Part shown: in pieces, positions 9,609-18,018 of the stretch
Layout: each line of letters opens with the position of its first letter
Numbering within the stretch: position 1 is the stretch's first letter
Assembly (NCBI RefSeq): GCF_002216855.1
Contig: NZ_CP022355.1
Span: 1,072,695 to 1,096,694 of the forward strand
Reading direction: 5' to 3'
From: Paraphotobacterium marinum
GTDB lineage: Bacteria > Pseudomonadota > Gammaproteobacteria > Enterobacterales > Vibrionaceae
DNA length: 24,000 nucleotides
Made by a program: the position numbers and the translations under genes
The notes under the pieces: generated by a model
The model's database searches: none
Told to the model about the DNA's origin: nothing
What the model saw: only the letters and a program-made list of their open reading frames with translations

Positions 9609-10742
9609 TTAACTAATCATATTACCCTCAAAAACTGTACTTACCATTTTTAATGAGTGATCAAAAACTGCTAAGTTTGCTATTCTATTTTCTTTGATCC
9701 TGCCGAAATTTTGTTCACATTTAATTGCTTTAGCTGGATTAATGGTAGCCATTTTTATTGCTTCACTCAGGGGTATGCGTGTATTTAATACACAATTTTT
9801 AATTGCTTCAATCATAGTTAGAGAAGATCCACCTAATGTGTTATTTGAATCAACACACTGACCATCTTTGATGTAAATTTTGGTACCCACAAAATCAAAG
9901 CTTGGTATGTTGGAGGATGCTGCAGCTGTAGCATCAGTAACAAGAACCAACTTATCCGATAGAATGTTATGAGCTAACTCTATATTTGGGTATGAGACGT
10001 GAAAACCATCAGCAATAATTCCTGCAAATATTTCTTTTGATGAAAAAACTGCGCCTACAATACCAGGCTCTCTGCTATTTAAAGGTGTCATTGCATTAAA
10101 TAAATGCGTAGCAAATGAAATTCCATTTTTAAATGAATTCATTGCTTCTTCATATGTTGCCAAGGAGTGTCCGATTGAAACAATAACGCCGGCATCATTT
10201 AATTTTTTTATGAATTTTTCTGAATTTAATTCAGGCGCCAAGGTTATTTTTCTAATAATATCTTTATTTGAAATGATATAATTAACCATTTCTTTACTTA
10301 AGGGTTTTATAAAAGACTTATTATGAATACCTTTCTTTTTTTCGTTTAAATAAGGCCCCTCTAAATGAATTCCGAGTGAACTATTAATATTTGACTGTTG
10401 ATATGTTCTTACTGATTCAACAGCAATTTTCAAATCTTCTTCGGAGGCTGTAATAAAGGTAGGAAGAAAGTTTGTACACCCTGTTATTAAGTTTGTTTTA
10501 TGCATAATCTCAATGGTTTTAGGCGTTGTGTCTGAATTAAACATAACACCACCACATCCATTTAACTGGAGATCAATGAATCCTGGTGTAACGAAATTAC
10601 CATTTAAATCTATGGTTTTTATGGAAGAATCAATTTCTTCATTTTTACATACTTTTAGTATTTTATTATTCTTTATGATTATTGAGTGGTTATAGATAAA
10701 TTTGATGCCATCATGAATAATACAATTTGTAAGGACAAACAT
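9609..10742 (-). CDS. nagA: N-acetylglucosamine-6-phosphate deacetylase
   Basis: PGFIDLQLNGCGG, GIHLEGPYLN, ATHLFNAM, and DGFHV metal-ligand motifs. It is collinear with E. coli NagA. Its ATG shares one base with the nagB TAA (TAATG). Confidence 0.96.
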   Translation of the reverse strand: MFVLTNCIIHDGIKFIYNHSIIIKNNKILKVCKNEEIDSSIKTIDLNGNFVTPGFIDLQLNGCGGVMFNSDTTPKTIEIMHKTNLITGCTNFLPTFITASEEDLKIAVESVRTYQQSNINSSLGIHLEGPYLNEKKKGIHNKSFIKPLSKEMVNYIISNKDIIRKITLAPELNSEKFIKKLNDAGVIVSIGHSLATYEEAMNSFKNGISFATHLFNAMTPLNSREPGIVGAVFSSKEIFAGIIADGFHVSYPNIELAHNILSDKLVLVTDATAAASSNIPSFDFVGTKIYIKDGQCVDSNNTLGGSSLTMIEAIKNCVLNTRIPLSEAIKMATINPAKAIKCEQNFGRIKENRIANLAVFDHSLKMVSTVFEGNMIS

Positions 10743-11551
10743 TAAACCTCCTTAAATGTTGTAAGTTGGTCATGTTCTAGTTTTTTAAAATAATTTAAAG
10801 TTTTTACTTTCAATTCAATTGTTGCCTCTGGATCACATACTAGGATGGATTTTTTGTGAAGCTGTAACGCCGATACAGTCCATAAATGATTAACAGATCC
10901 TTCAACTGCAGCATGAACAGCATGAGCTTTATTCATTCCTGTAGCTAAAATCATAACTTCTTCTGCATCTAAGAGAGTACCAACACCGATGGTTAATGCA
11001 TATTTAGGTACTTTATTAATGTCGTTTTCAAAAAATCTAGAGTTTGCAATTAAAGTTTCTTCTGTTAAGGTTTTTATTCTTGTACGAGAGGATAATGAAG
11101 ATGTAGGTTCATTGAAAGCTATATGTCCATCGGTACCTACTCCACCTAGAAATAAGTGTATACCACCATAACTTTTAATCTTTTTCTCATAATTTAAGCA
11201 AACTTCCTCATGATTTTTAGACATCCCATCTAAAAGATTAATATTTTCAGGCAATATATCAATTTTTGAAAAAAAATTGTGGTGCATAAAATAGTGGTAA
11301 GATTGAGGATTATCTTTTTCTAATCCAACATATTCATCCATATTAAATGTCACTACATTTTTAAAGCTTACTATTCCTTTATTGTAAAATTCGATTAATT
11401 TTTTATAAGTTTTAAGAGGAGTACCTCCAGTTGGAAGTCCAAGTACAAATGGTTTTTCTGGTGTGGGTTGAAAAGTATTTATTTTATTAATAATTCTTTT
11501 GGCAGACCATAATGCAACATCATCACATGAATTTAATGGGACAACTCTCAT
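10742..11551 (-). CDS. nagB: Glucosamine-6-phosphate deaminase
   Basis: [38 protein letters not shown]. It aligns full-length to E. coli NagB. Confidence 0.97.
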   Translation of the reverse strand: MRVVPLNSCDDVALWSAKRIINKINTFQPTPEKPFVLGLPTGGTPLKTYKKLIEFYNKGIVSFKNVVTFNMDEYVGLEKDNPQSYHYFMHHNFFSKIDILPENINLLDGMSKNHEEVCLNYEKKIKSYGGIHLFLGGVGTDGHIAFNEPTSSLSSRTRIKTLTEETLIANSRFFENDINKVPKYALTIGVGTLLDAEEVMILATGMNKAHAVHAAVEGSVNHLWTVSALQLHKKSILVCDPEATIELKVKTLNYFKKLEHDQLTTFKEV

Positions 11552-11714
11552 ATCTTTTCCTTTGTTGTTTTTTTTTGATTTTACGTTAATAAATAAAAAT
11601 AAGAAATAAGTTAATGTTGATTGAGATCACAAAACACATTAAGTGAAATTGTATAAATAATGTATTTATTAGAATATTTATTCTTAAAAATTATAAACAA
11701 CAAGGAAAAATTCA

Positions 11715-13256
11715 GTGAATATATTAGGTTCTGTACAAAGGCTAGGTAAAGCCTTAATGTTGCCAATAGCTATCTTACCTATAGCTGCATTACTTCTGAG
11801 GCTTGGAGCTCCTGATGTGTTAAACATTCCATTTATGAGCTCATCTGGAAATGCGATTATTTCAAATCTTCCTTTGCTTTTCGCATTAGGTATAGGCATA
11901 GGTCTCTCTAAGGATGAGCACGGTTCAGCTGGTTTAGCTGCTGCTGTTTCATATTTTGTATTAGTTGCGAGTGCTAAAGCTATTAACCCTGATATTGATA
12001 TGAGCTTTTTTGCTGGTTTCATAGCAGGTATTATTGGAGGCGTCGTATATAATAAATTCAATGATGTGAAGCTTCCTGAATGGTTAGGATTTTTTGCAGG
12101 TAAACGTTTACCTCCAATTATGTCTGGAATAATTACACTAATTTTTGGTTTTGCAGCTGGGTATTTATGGCCATATGCTCAAAATGGTTTAAATGAAATA
12201 GCTCAAACTGTTCTAAGTTCCGGTTCTATTGGAGAATTTGGCTATGGTGTTTTGAATAGACTTTTACTTCCTTTTGGATTACACCACGTAATTAATAGTT
12301 ATATTTGGTTTTTACTTGGCAGTTGTCAGCAAATACAAGTAGATCCCGTAGCAGCACTTCACGGAGCAACTCATCTATGTGTTGATCCAAGTGTGACTAA
12401 AGACTTAGTTGTAGGGCAATCACATACTTTTTATTTTAATAATTCGGTAACGCCTGAAATACAAGCAACTGTCACAAAAATCACAAACAATATTGTTAAT
12501 GGTGATATAAGTAGGTTTTTAGCAGGTGATAAGTCTGCAGGTGTATATTTGGCAGGTTTTTTCCCAGTTATGATGGGCGGACTTCCTGGGGCAGCTTTAG
12601 CAATGTATTTTGCTGCACCCAAGGAGAATAGAGCTATTGTTGGTGGTATACTTTTCTCTCTAGGGTTTACAGCGTTTTTAACAGGAATAACTGAACCATT
12701 AGAGTTTTCGTTTGTATTTATAGCGCCCGTCTTATTTTTAATACATGCTATTTTAACTGGCTTATCTTTAGTTATAAGTAATGCTTTTGGTATATTGGAT
12801 GGTTTTGGCTTTTCAGCTGGTGCTATTGACTATGTATTAAACTGGGGTTTAGCTACAAAACCTTTAGCTTTACTAGTTCAAATTATTGCTTTTTTCTTTA
12901 TATATTTTATCATTTTTTATTTTTCAATTAAGTTTTTTAAGCTTAAAACACCTGGAAGAGAAGATGATTTTAATGCAACTACTGCAATGTCACAAAACTC
13001 AAAAACAGAACAAGAAACTTCAGAAAGAGGTAAAAATTTTATTGTTGCATTGGGTGGCGATGATAATATAGAAATAATAGATTCTTGCATTACTAGGTTA
13101 AGGTTAACTCTAAGGGACTCAACCACAATTAATGAAAACGAATTGAAAAGGCTAGGTGCAAAAGCAATCGTCAAACTATCAGATAAAAATATACAAGTTA
13201 TTCTAGGTACAATTGCAGAACAAGTTGCCAAAGAAATAAAAGCTTCAAAACAATAA
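11715..13256 (+). CDS. nagE: PTS N-acetylglucosamine transporter, EIIC-EIIB only (no EIIA domain)
   Basis: It has a GTG start with an AAGGA RBS at 11702..11706. MNILGSVQRLGKALMLPIAILPIAALLLRLG matches the E. coli NagE N-terminus. The EIIB active-site motif DSCITRLRLTL is present. The protein stops about 20 aa after EIIB, whereas E. coli NagE continues into a roughly 150-aa EIIA domain. It is divergent from nagBA, as in E. coli. Confidence 0.9.
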   Translation: MNILGSVQRLGKALMLPIAILPIAALLLRLGAPDVLNIPFMSSSGNAIISNLPLLFALGIGIGLSKDEHGSAGLAAAVSYFVLVASAKAINPDIDMSFFAGFIAGIIGGVVYNKFNDVKLPEWLGFFAGKRLPPIMSGIITLIFGFAAGYLWPYAQNGLNEIAQTVLSSGSIGEFGYGVLNRLLLPFGLHHVINSYIWFLLGSCQQIQVDPVAALHGATHLCVDPSVTKDLVVGQSHTFYFNNSVTPEIQATVTKITNNIVNGDISRFLAGDKSAGVYLAGFFPVMMGGLPGAALAMYFAAPKENRAIVGGILFSLGFTAFLTGITEPLEFSFVFIAPVLFLIHAILTGLSLVISNAFGILDGFGFSAGAIDYVLNWGLATKPLALLVQIIAFFFIYFIIFYFSIKFFKLKTPGREDDFNATTAMSQNSKTEQETSERGKNFIVALGGDDNIEIIDSCITRLRLTLRDSTTINENELKRLGAKAIVKLSDKNIQVILGTIAEQVAKEIKASKQ

Positions 13257-13307
13257 GTAAACTAAAAAGAATACTCGATATATTTAATAAGAATGTATAT
13301 CATTTTT

Positions 13308-13336
13308 AAAAAAGCCAGACAATTCTGGCTTTTTTT
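13308..13336 (+). terminator. Rho-independent terminator after nagE
   Basis: aaaaaagccaga-caat-tctggctttttt. The core stem is AGCCAGA/TCTGGCT, flanked by an A-tract and a T7 run. It has the classic bidirectional intrinsic-terminator shape and lies about 50 nt after the nagE stop. Confidence 0.8.
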
Positions 13337-13420
13337 GTTTTATTTTAGGTAAAAAAGAAACTTATACTTTATTTGTCAGTGGTTATAATTAACTTTTGTA
13401 AATTTATAGTGAAGAGCAAT

Positions 13421-14083
13421 ATGATGATAGTTAAAACAAATTTTTTTAATAAGAATTCGGTTGAATTAGCTCAAAGCCTTATAGGAAAAATGATTTATAG
13501 AAAGTATAATCACCTTGATTTAAGGGCAATTATAATTGAAACGGAAGCTTATGAATTAAATGATGAAGCTAGCCATGCTTCACTGGGATATTCGCCTAAA
13601 ATAAAGGCCTTATACATGACACCTGGAACAATTTATATGCACTTTGCTCATGGGCAGGCTTCATTTGGAATACACTCAAGGAAGAATGGCGGTGCCGTTT
13701 TGATTAAATCCGCTAGAATTTATCCTGATGATTTAGATAACTCTAATGTTATAGAAACAATGCAATCTCTTTCATTATTATGTGGCGGCAAAAAGAGAAG
13801 CACTGATAAGCTTTTAACTGGACAAACGATCTTATGCAAATCACTTGATTTAAAAGTTAAAGATTGGAGCCAAAAACAATTTAATAATACTTTCAATATT
13901 CAAAATATCGATTATGAACCACAAAAAATAATCGCAACAACAAGAGTAGGTATACCTCCTAATAGAGACAATGGACTTTTGAATAGATTCATTGACTATA
14001 AATATGTAAGACAATCTTCAAAAAATCCATTAACAACCAGAAAGAAAACAAATTTTATTTTAGAAGATCATTGGCATGATTAA
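13421..14083 (+). CDS. mpg: Divergent 3-methyladenine (alkylpurine) DNA glycosylase, Mpg/AAG family
   Basis: Family landmarks appear in the correct order: FF.K.SVELAQSLIGK, IIIETEAY..NDEASHA, PGTIYMH, GAVLIKSARIYP, TTRVGI, NRF..YKYV. I prefer the ATG at 13421 (GAAGAG upstream) over the TTG at 13373. The central substrate-pocket region is poorly conserved. Confidence 0.7.
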   Translation: MMIVKTNFFNKNSVELAQSLIGKMIYRKYNHLDLRAIIIETEAYELNDEASHASLGYSPKIKALYMTPGTIYMHFAHGQASFGIHSRKNGGAVLIKSARIYPDDLDNSNVIETMQSLSLLCGGKKRSTDKLLTGQTILCKSLDLKVKDWSQKQFNNTFNIQNIDYEPQKIIATTRVGIPPNRDNGLLNRFIDYKYVRQSSKNPLTTRKKTNFILEDHWHD

Positions 14084-14235
14084 TATTTTTCGCTAGCACA
14101 CTTAATATAAACTTATATCTGTGTATTTTTTAATATAAAATTATTAATGTCACATCTATTTTATATACATTTGAATTAGGTTAAACTATCATAATGTCTA
14201 AAATATTAAAATAACTTATAAATGAGGTTTGTTTG

Positions 14236-15885
14236 ATGAGTGTAGAAGTGGCTCGTCCAAAGAATTTTATAGAACAAAAAATAGATTCAGATTTAGAAAA
14301 CAATGTTGTTACAACTGTCCACACCAGATTCCCCCCAGAACCTAATGGCTTTTTACATATTGGACATGCTAAATCTATTTGTTTAAACTTCGGTTTAGCG
14401 AAAGAATATAATGGCACATGTAATTTAAGATTTGATGATACTAACCCGTTAAAAGAAACTGCAGAGTTTGTTGAAGCCATTAAAAAAGATGTAAAGTGGT
14501 TGGGTTTTAAATGGGATGAACTTAGACACTCTTCTGATTATTTTGAACAGTTATATCTATACGCAAAAGAACTAATTAGTTCGGGTCTAGCATATGTAGA
14601 TGAATTAACCGATGATGAAATAAGACAGTATAGAGGAAATTTTACTACACCAGGTAAGAACAGCCCCTATAGAGATAGAAGTATATCAGAGAATCTCAAC
14701 TTATTTGAGAAAATGAAAATGGGTGGCTTTCAAGAAGGTAAGGCGTGCTTAAGAGCAAAAATTGACATGTCGTCAAGCTTTATGGTTATGCGTGATCCTG
14801 TTCTTTATAGAGTTCGATTTATTCAGCATCATCAAACTAAAGATAAATGGTGTATATATCCCATGTATGATTTTACCCATTGTATTTCTGATGCCATTGA
14901 AAATATTTCACATTCATTATGTACATTAGAGTTTCAAGATAATAGAAGAATTTACGATTGGATTCTTGATAATATTTCAATAAAATCTAGACCCCATCAA
15001 TATGAGTTTAGTAGACTTAATCTTGAATATACTTTAACTTCCAAAAGAAAATTAAGCGATCTAGTTGAAGAGCGATTTGTTGATGGTTGGGATGATCCTA
15101 GAATGCCAACGATATCTGGTTTGAGAAGAAGAGGATATACTCCTGCTTCTATTAGAGAGTTTTGCTCAAGAATTGGTGTTACCAAACAAGAAAATACAAT
15201 TGAATTAAATGCTCTTGAAGCTTGTATTCGGGAAGATCTAAATACTAATGCTAGACGAGTTATGGCTGTATTAGATCCCGTAAAAGTAATTATTGAAAAT
15301 TTTGATGACCAACCATTTTTTATAGATGCCAAAAATCATCCTAATAATGATGAGATGGGAACTCGTAAAGTGCAGTTTTCAAGAGAGATTTGGATTGAAA
15401 GAGAAGACTTTAAGGTAGAGGCCAATAAAAAATTCAAACGTTTAGTTTTGGGTAAAGAGGTTCGGCTACGCAATTGTTTTGTTATTAAAGCTAATGATGT
15501 TGTATATGATGAATACGGATCTATAAAAGAAATAATTTGCACATATGATCCAAATACATTAGGACAAGATCCTTTAGATGGTAGGAAAGTAAAAGGAGTG
15601 ATTCATTGGGTTTCGAGTACAAATGCAATCTCAGCTCAATTTAGAGTCTATGAAAAACTTTTTAATCATAAAAATCCAGCACAAGTTGAAGATTTCAGAA
15701 CAGAACTTAACTTAAAATCATTGGAAACCTTCAATGGATTTGTAGAAAACTCAGTAAAAGAAAATGATATAGAGGAAAGGTATCAATTTGAAAGAAAGGG
15801 CTATTTTACACAAGACAATAAAGATTTTAGCAAAGAATTTCTAATATTTAATCAGATTGTTGGTTTAAGAGAAACAAATAAATAG
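14236..15885 (+). CDS. glnS: Glutamine--tRNA ligase
   Basis: [19 protein letters not shown] carries the HIGH motif and LTSKRKLS the KMSKS-type motif. It is collinear with E. coli GlnS. I prefer the ATG at 14236, which has GAGG 8 nt upstream, over the TTG at 14233. Confidence 0.97.
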   Translation: MSVEVARPKNFIEQKIDSDLENNVVTTVHTRFPPEPNGFLHIGHAKSICLNFGLAKEYNGTCNLRFDDTNPLKETAEFVEAIKKDVKWLGFKWDELRHSSDYFEQLYLYAKELISSGLAYVDELTDDEIRQYRGNFTTPGKNSPYRDRSISENLNLFEKMKMGGFQEGKACLRAKIDMSSSFMVMRDPVLYRVRFIQHHQTKDKWCIYPMYDFTHCISDAIENISHSLCTLEFQDNRRIYDWILDNISIKSRPHQYEFSRLNLEYTLTSKRKLSDLVEERFVDGWDDPRMPTISGLRRRGYTPASIREFCSRIGVTKQENTIELNALEACIREDLNTNARRVMAVLDPVKVIIENFDDQPFFIDAKNHPNNDEMGTRKVQFSREIWIEREDFKVEANKKFKRLVLGKEVRLRNCFVIKANDVVYDEYGSIKEIICTYDPNTLGQDPLDGRKVKGVIHWVSSTNAISAQFRVYEKLFNHKNPAQVEDFRTELNLKSLETFNGFVENSVKENDIEERYQFERKGYFTQDNKDFSKEFLIFNQIVGLRETNK

Positions 15886-15922
15886 CTTTCAGTTAAACAA
15901 AAGTTTTAAAAAATTGTTATAT

Positions 15923-15955
15923 AAGAAATAGATTTTTATAAATCTATTTCTTTTT
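15923..15955. terminator. Bidirectional hairpin terminator between the convergent glnS and fur genes
   Basis: aagaaatagattt (15923..15935), loop ttat, aaatctatttctt (15940..15952), then ttt. The 13-bp stem is perfect. The right arm overlaps the last fur codons and its TAG stop. Confidence 0.65.
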
Positions 15956-16390
15956 ATGAAGGTCCGGATTATCTTGGCAATTCTTTTTTGTGCAATGACC
16001 GTAAAGATAAAGACTATGGTTTGTTAATCTAATATTGTATCTATCAGCTATTTCTGTTTGTCTATTTTCGATTAAGTCATCGTTAAATTCAATCACTTTC
16101 CCACAATCAAGGCAAACCAAATGATCATGATGTTCTTGCTTGGAAAGTTCAAAAACCGATTTTCCACCTTCAAAATGATGCCTTGTGACAATGCCTGCAT
16201 CATCAAACTGATTTAATACTCTATATACAGTCGCTAGTCCAATTTCTTCGCCAATGTCTAAAAACTTTTTATAGAGCTCTTCGGCACTAATATGCTGATT
16301 TTCAGGATGTTGCAAAAATTCCAGTATTTTTAACCTTGGTAAAGTAACCTTTAAACCTGCTTTTTTTAGAGCATTGTTGTTTTCCATCAT
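15944..16390 (-). CDS. fur: Ferric uptake regulator
   Basis: LKKAGLKVTLPRLKILE...GLATVYRVLNQFDDAGIV...HHDHLVCLDCGKVIEF...HSLYLYGHC. It has the same length as E. coli Fur (148 aa) and aligns to it. Confidence 0.97.
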   Translation of the reverse strand: MMENNNALKKAGLKVTLPRLKILEFLQHPENQHISAEELYKKFLDIGEEIGLATVYRVLNQFDDAGIVTRHHFEGGKSVFELSKQEHHDHLVCLDCGKVIEFNDDLIENRQTEIADRYNIRLTNHSLYLYGHCTKKNCQDNPDLHKKK

Positions 16391-16406
16391 ATATTCCTAT
16401 GATTAA

Positions 16407-16919
16407 TTATAAATTCATTTCAGTTTTGATTTGTTTAACCCAATTTAACACACGTTCTTCGGTCATTTCAGGTTGTCGATCTTCATCAATACACAAACCA
16501 ACCAATTGATTATCTTCTAATAATGCTTTAGATTCTTCGAATTCATATCCCTCAGAAGATGTTTTACCAATTAAAGAAGCACCATTATTAGTTAAAATTT
16601 CTGCAATTGCGCCCATAGCATCACAAAAATATTCAGCATAATCTTCCTGATCACCACATCCAAAAATACCAACTTTCTTGCCGTTAAAGTCAATCGTTTC
16701 TAATTCAGGAAAAAAATCATCCCAATCACACTGATTTTCTCCATAATACCATGTTGGAATCCCAAATAAAAATAAGTCGTAGTTTTCAAAATCTTCTTTA
16801 GTGGAATTAGCGATATCTTTAACATCTACAATATCAGAACCAATTTTATCCTGAATGATTTTTGAAATTTCTTCTGTATTTCCTGTATCACTCCCAAAAA
16901 ACAAACCTACTTTTTGCAT
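16407..16919 (-). CDS. fldA: Flavodoxin 1
   Basis: Homology starts at MQKVGLFFGSDTGNTEE (ATG at 16919, AAGG RBS upstream). GIPTWYYGE.QCDWDDFFP, FGCGDQEDYAEYFCDA, and IDEDRQPE follow. The 57 upstream codons in the ORF track have no flavodoxin homology. Confidence 0.95.
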   Translation of the reverse strand: MQKVGLFFGSDTGNTEEISKIIQDKIGSDIVDVKDIANSTKEDFENYDLFLFGIPTWYYGENQCDWDDFFPELETIDFNGKKVGIFGCGDQEDYAEYFCDAMGAIAEILTNNGASLIGKTSSEGYEFEESKALLEDNQLVGLCIDEDRQPEMTEERVLNWVKQIKTEMNL

Positions 16920-16942
16920 ACCATTACCTTTATTATATTTAT

Positions 16943-17149
16943 TTAAGTTACTATAGTTGATATTATACTCTTTACAATAAAACCAAAACAACCCAAAAAT
17001 AAAATAAACCAAATAATTATCTTTCCAAATTTTGAAATATTTGTTTTTTTCGTTATTGTAAGTATTGTGTAAACTATAAAAAGAACACAAAATATGAGCA
17101 TAAAATTCAATATTAAATTTTCATAAAGAACTAATTTCTCATAGTTCAT
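16943..17149 (-). CDS. Hypothetical small protein, predicted two-TM hairpin (68 aa from the first ATG)
   Basis: The ORF fills the ybfF-fldA spacer on the same strand. Its ATG overlaps the ybfF 3-prime end by 11 nt (ATGAACTATGA). Two hydrophobic stretches, LILNFMLIFCVLFIVYTILTI and IIIWFILFLGCFGFIVKSII, are separated by the basic loop TKKTNISKFGK. It has no recognisable homologue and no clear SD. AT-rich sequence is biased toward F/I/L codons, so it may be spurious. Confidence 0.25.
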   Translation of the reverse strand: MNYEKLVLYENLILNFMLIFCVLFIVYTILTITKKTNISKFGKIIIWFILFLGCFGFIVKSIISTIVT

Positions 17150-17936
17150 ATTGATAAAACTTTTCAATTATTGCTATTAATTTAACTGGATACTCAGCGT
17201 GCACCCAATGTCCAGCGTTTGCAATTATATGAATTTTGCTATTTGGTACTTGCTTTAAACTATCACTAGAATATTCTGGCAATATGTAATCAGATAAGTT
17301 ACCTTTTATAAAAAGAGTTTTAGTTTGGATTGGTTTAATTTCGGTCCATTCCATTATCTTGGAATAATTTTCTGACAATGATTTTAAGTTAAATTTCCAT
17401 GAATAAGAGCCATTAGTTTTAACCAAAGATTTTAGCAAAAATTGAGAAATAGATTCTTCTTTTACATAAGTATTTAAAACACTGTATATTTCACTCCTAT
17501 TTAAATTTTCATCTTTTAAAATGCTTTCAGTTTTAAGTAGACCCTCAAAAATAGATTTGTGTTTGTTCACTTTATAACTGATAGGTGCAATATCAATTAT
17601 AACTAATGATTGTACTTTTTTTGGGTTTAAACTTGCACATTTTAAGGCAACTTTTCCTCCCATTGAATGACCAATAAGATGAGCGGACTCAATATTTTTA
17701 TTTTTCATCAACTGTAATATATCTTCCGCCATAGTATCGTAATCATGTGTTATTGAGTGAAACGAATTACCATGATTTCTTACATCAACACAAATACAAT
17801 AAGAATGGCTTGAAAAGTGAGTAGCAATTCTTCTAAGATTACCAGAATCTCCAAATAAACCATGGATAAAAATAATGACATTTTTGCTACTGGATTCACC
17901 AAGTGAGTTATAGGATAAGTTTAAATTATTTCGCAT
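17139..17936 (-). CDS. ybfF: Alpha/beta-hydrolase esterase YbfF
   Basis: IIFIHGLFGD, the nucleophile elbow GHSMGGK, and AGHWVHAE. It is collinear with E. coli YbfF and divergent from seqA, as in E. coli. Confidence 0.9.
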   Translation of the reverse strand: MRNNLNLSYNSLGESSSKNVIIFIHGLFGDSGNLRRIATHFSSHSYCICVDVRNHGNSFHSITHDYDTMAEDILQLMKNKNIESAHLIGHSMGGKVALKCASLNPKKVQSLVIIDIAPISYKVNKHKSIFEGLLKTESILKDENLNRSEIYSVLNTYVKEESISQFLLKSLVKTNGSYSWKFNLKSLSENYSKIMEWTEIKPIQTKTLFIKGNLSDYILPEYSSDSLKQVPNSKIHIIANAGHWVHAEYPVKLIAIIEKFYQYEL

Positions 17937-18018
17937 TATAATAATGTTTTAATAGAGAGTTTGTTATTAAAATTATATAATCTAAGATAACATAACATTA
18001 ATTTGTGTGAAATAAAAA

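Noticed and set aside
11615-11631. CRP-like site TGTTGATTGAGATCACA in the nagB-nagE spacer
   Set aside because: Only the right half (TCACA) matches. The left half, GTTGA, is 3/5 against TGTGA. This is too weak to call without knowing that crp is present or seeing conservation.
13373-13420. TTG-initiated extensions of mpg (13373), ybaB (1673) and glnS (14233)
   Set aside because: Downstream ATG codons coincide with the homologues' N-termini and have better purine-rich RBS spacing. The extensions add non-homologous residues.
16920-17090. The 57-codon N-terminal extension of the fldA ORF (227 aa in the track)
   Set aside because: Flavodoxin homology begins exactly at the internal MQKVGLFFGSDTGNTEE, which has an AAGG RBS. 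The extension is N/Y/K-rich with no homology. E. coli FldA is about 176 aa.
16920-17138. Fur box upstream of fldA-fur (for example GATAATTATTTGG on the minus strand)
   Set aside because: There is a single GATAAT hexamer with no convincing 19-bp palindrome. Such hexamers are expected by chance in DNA this AT-rich.
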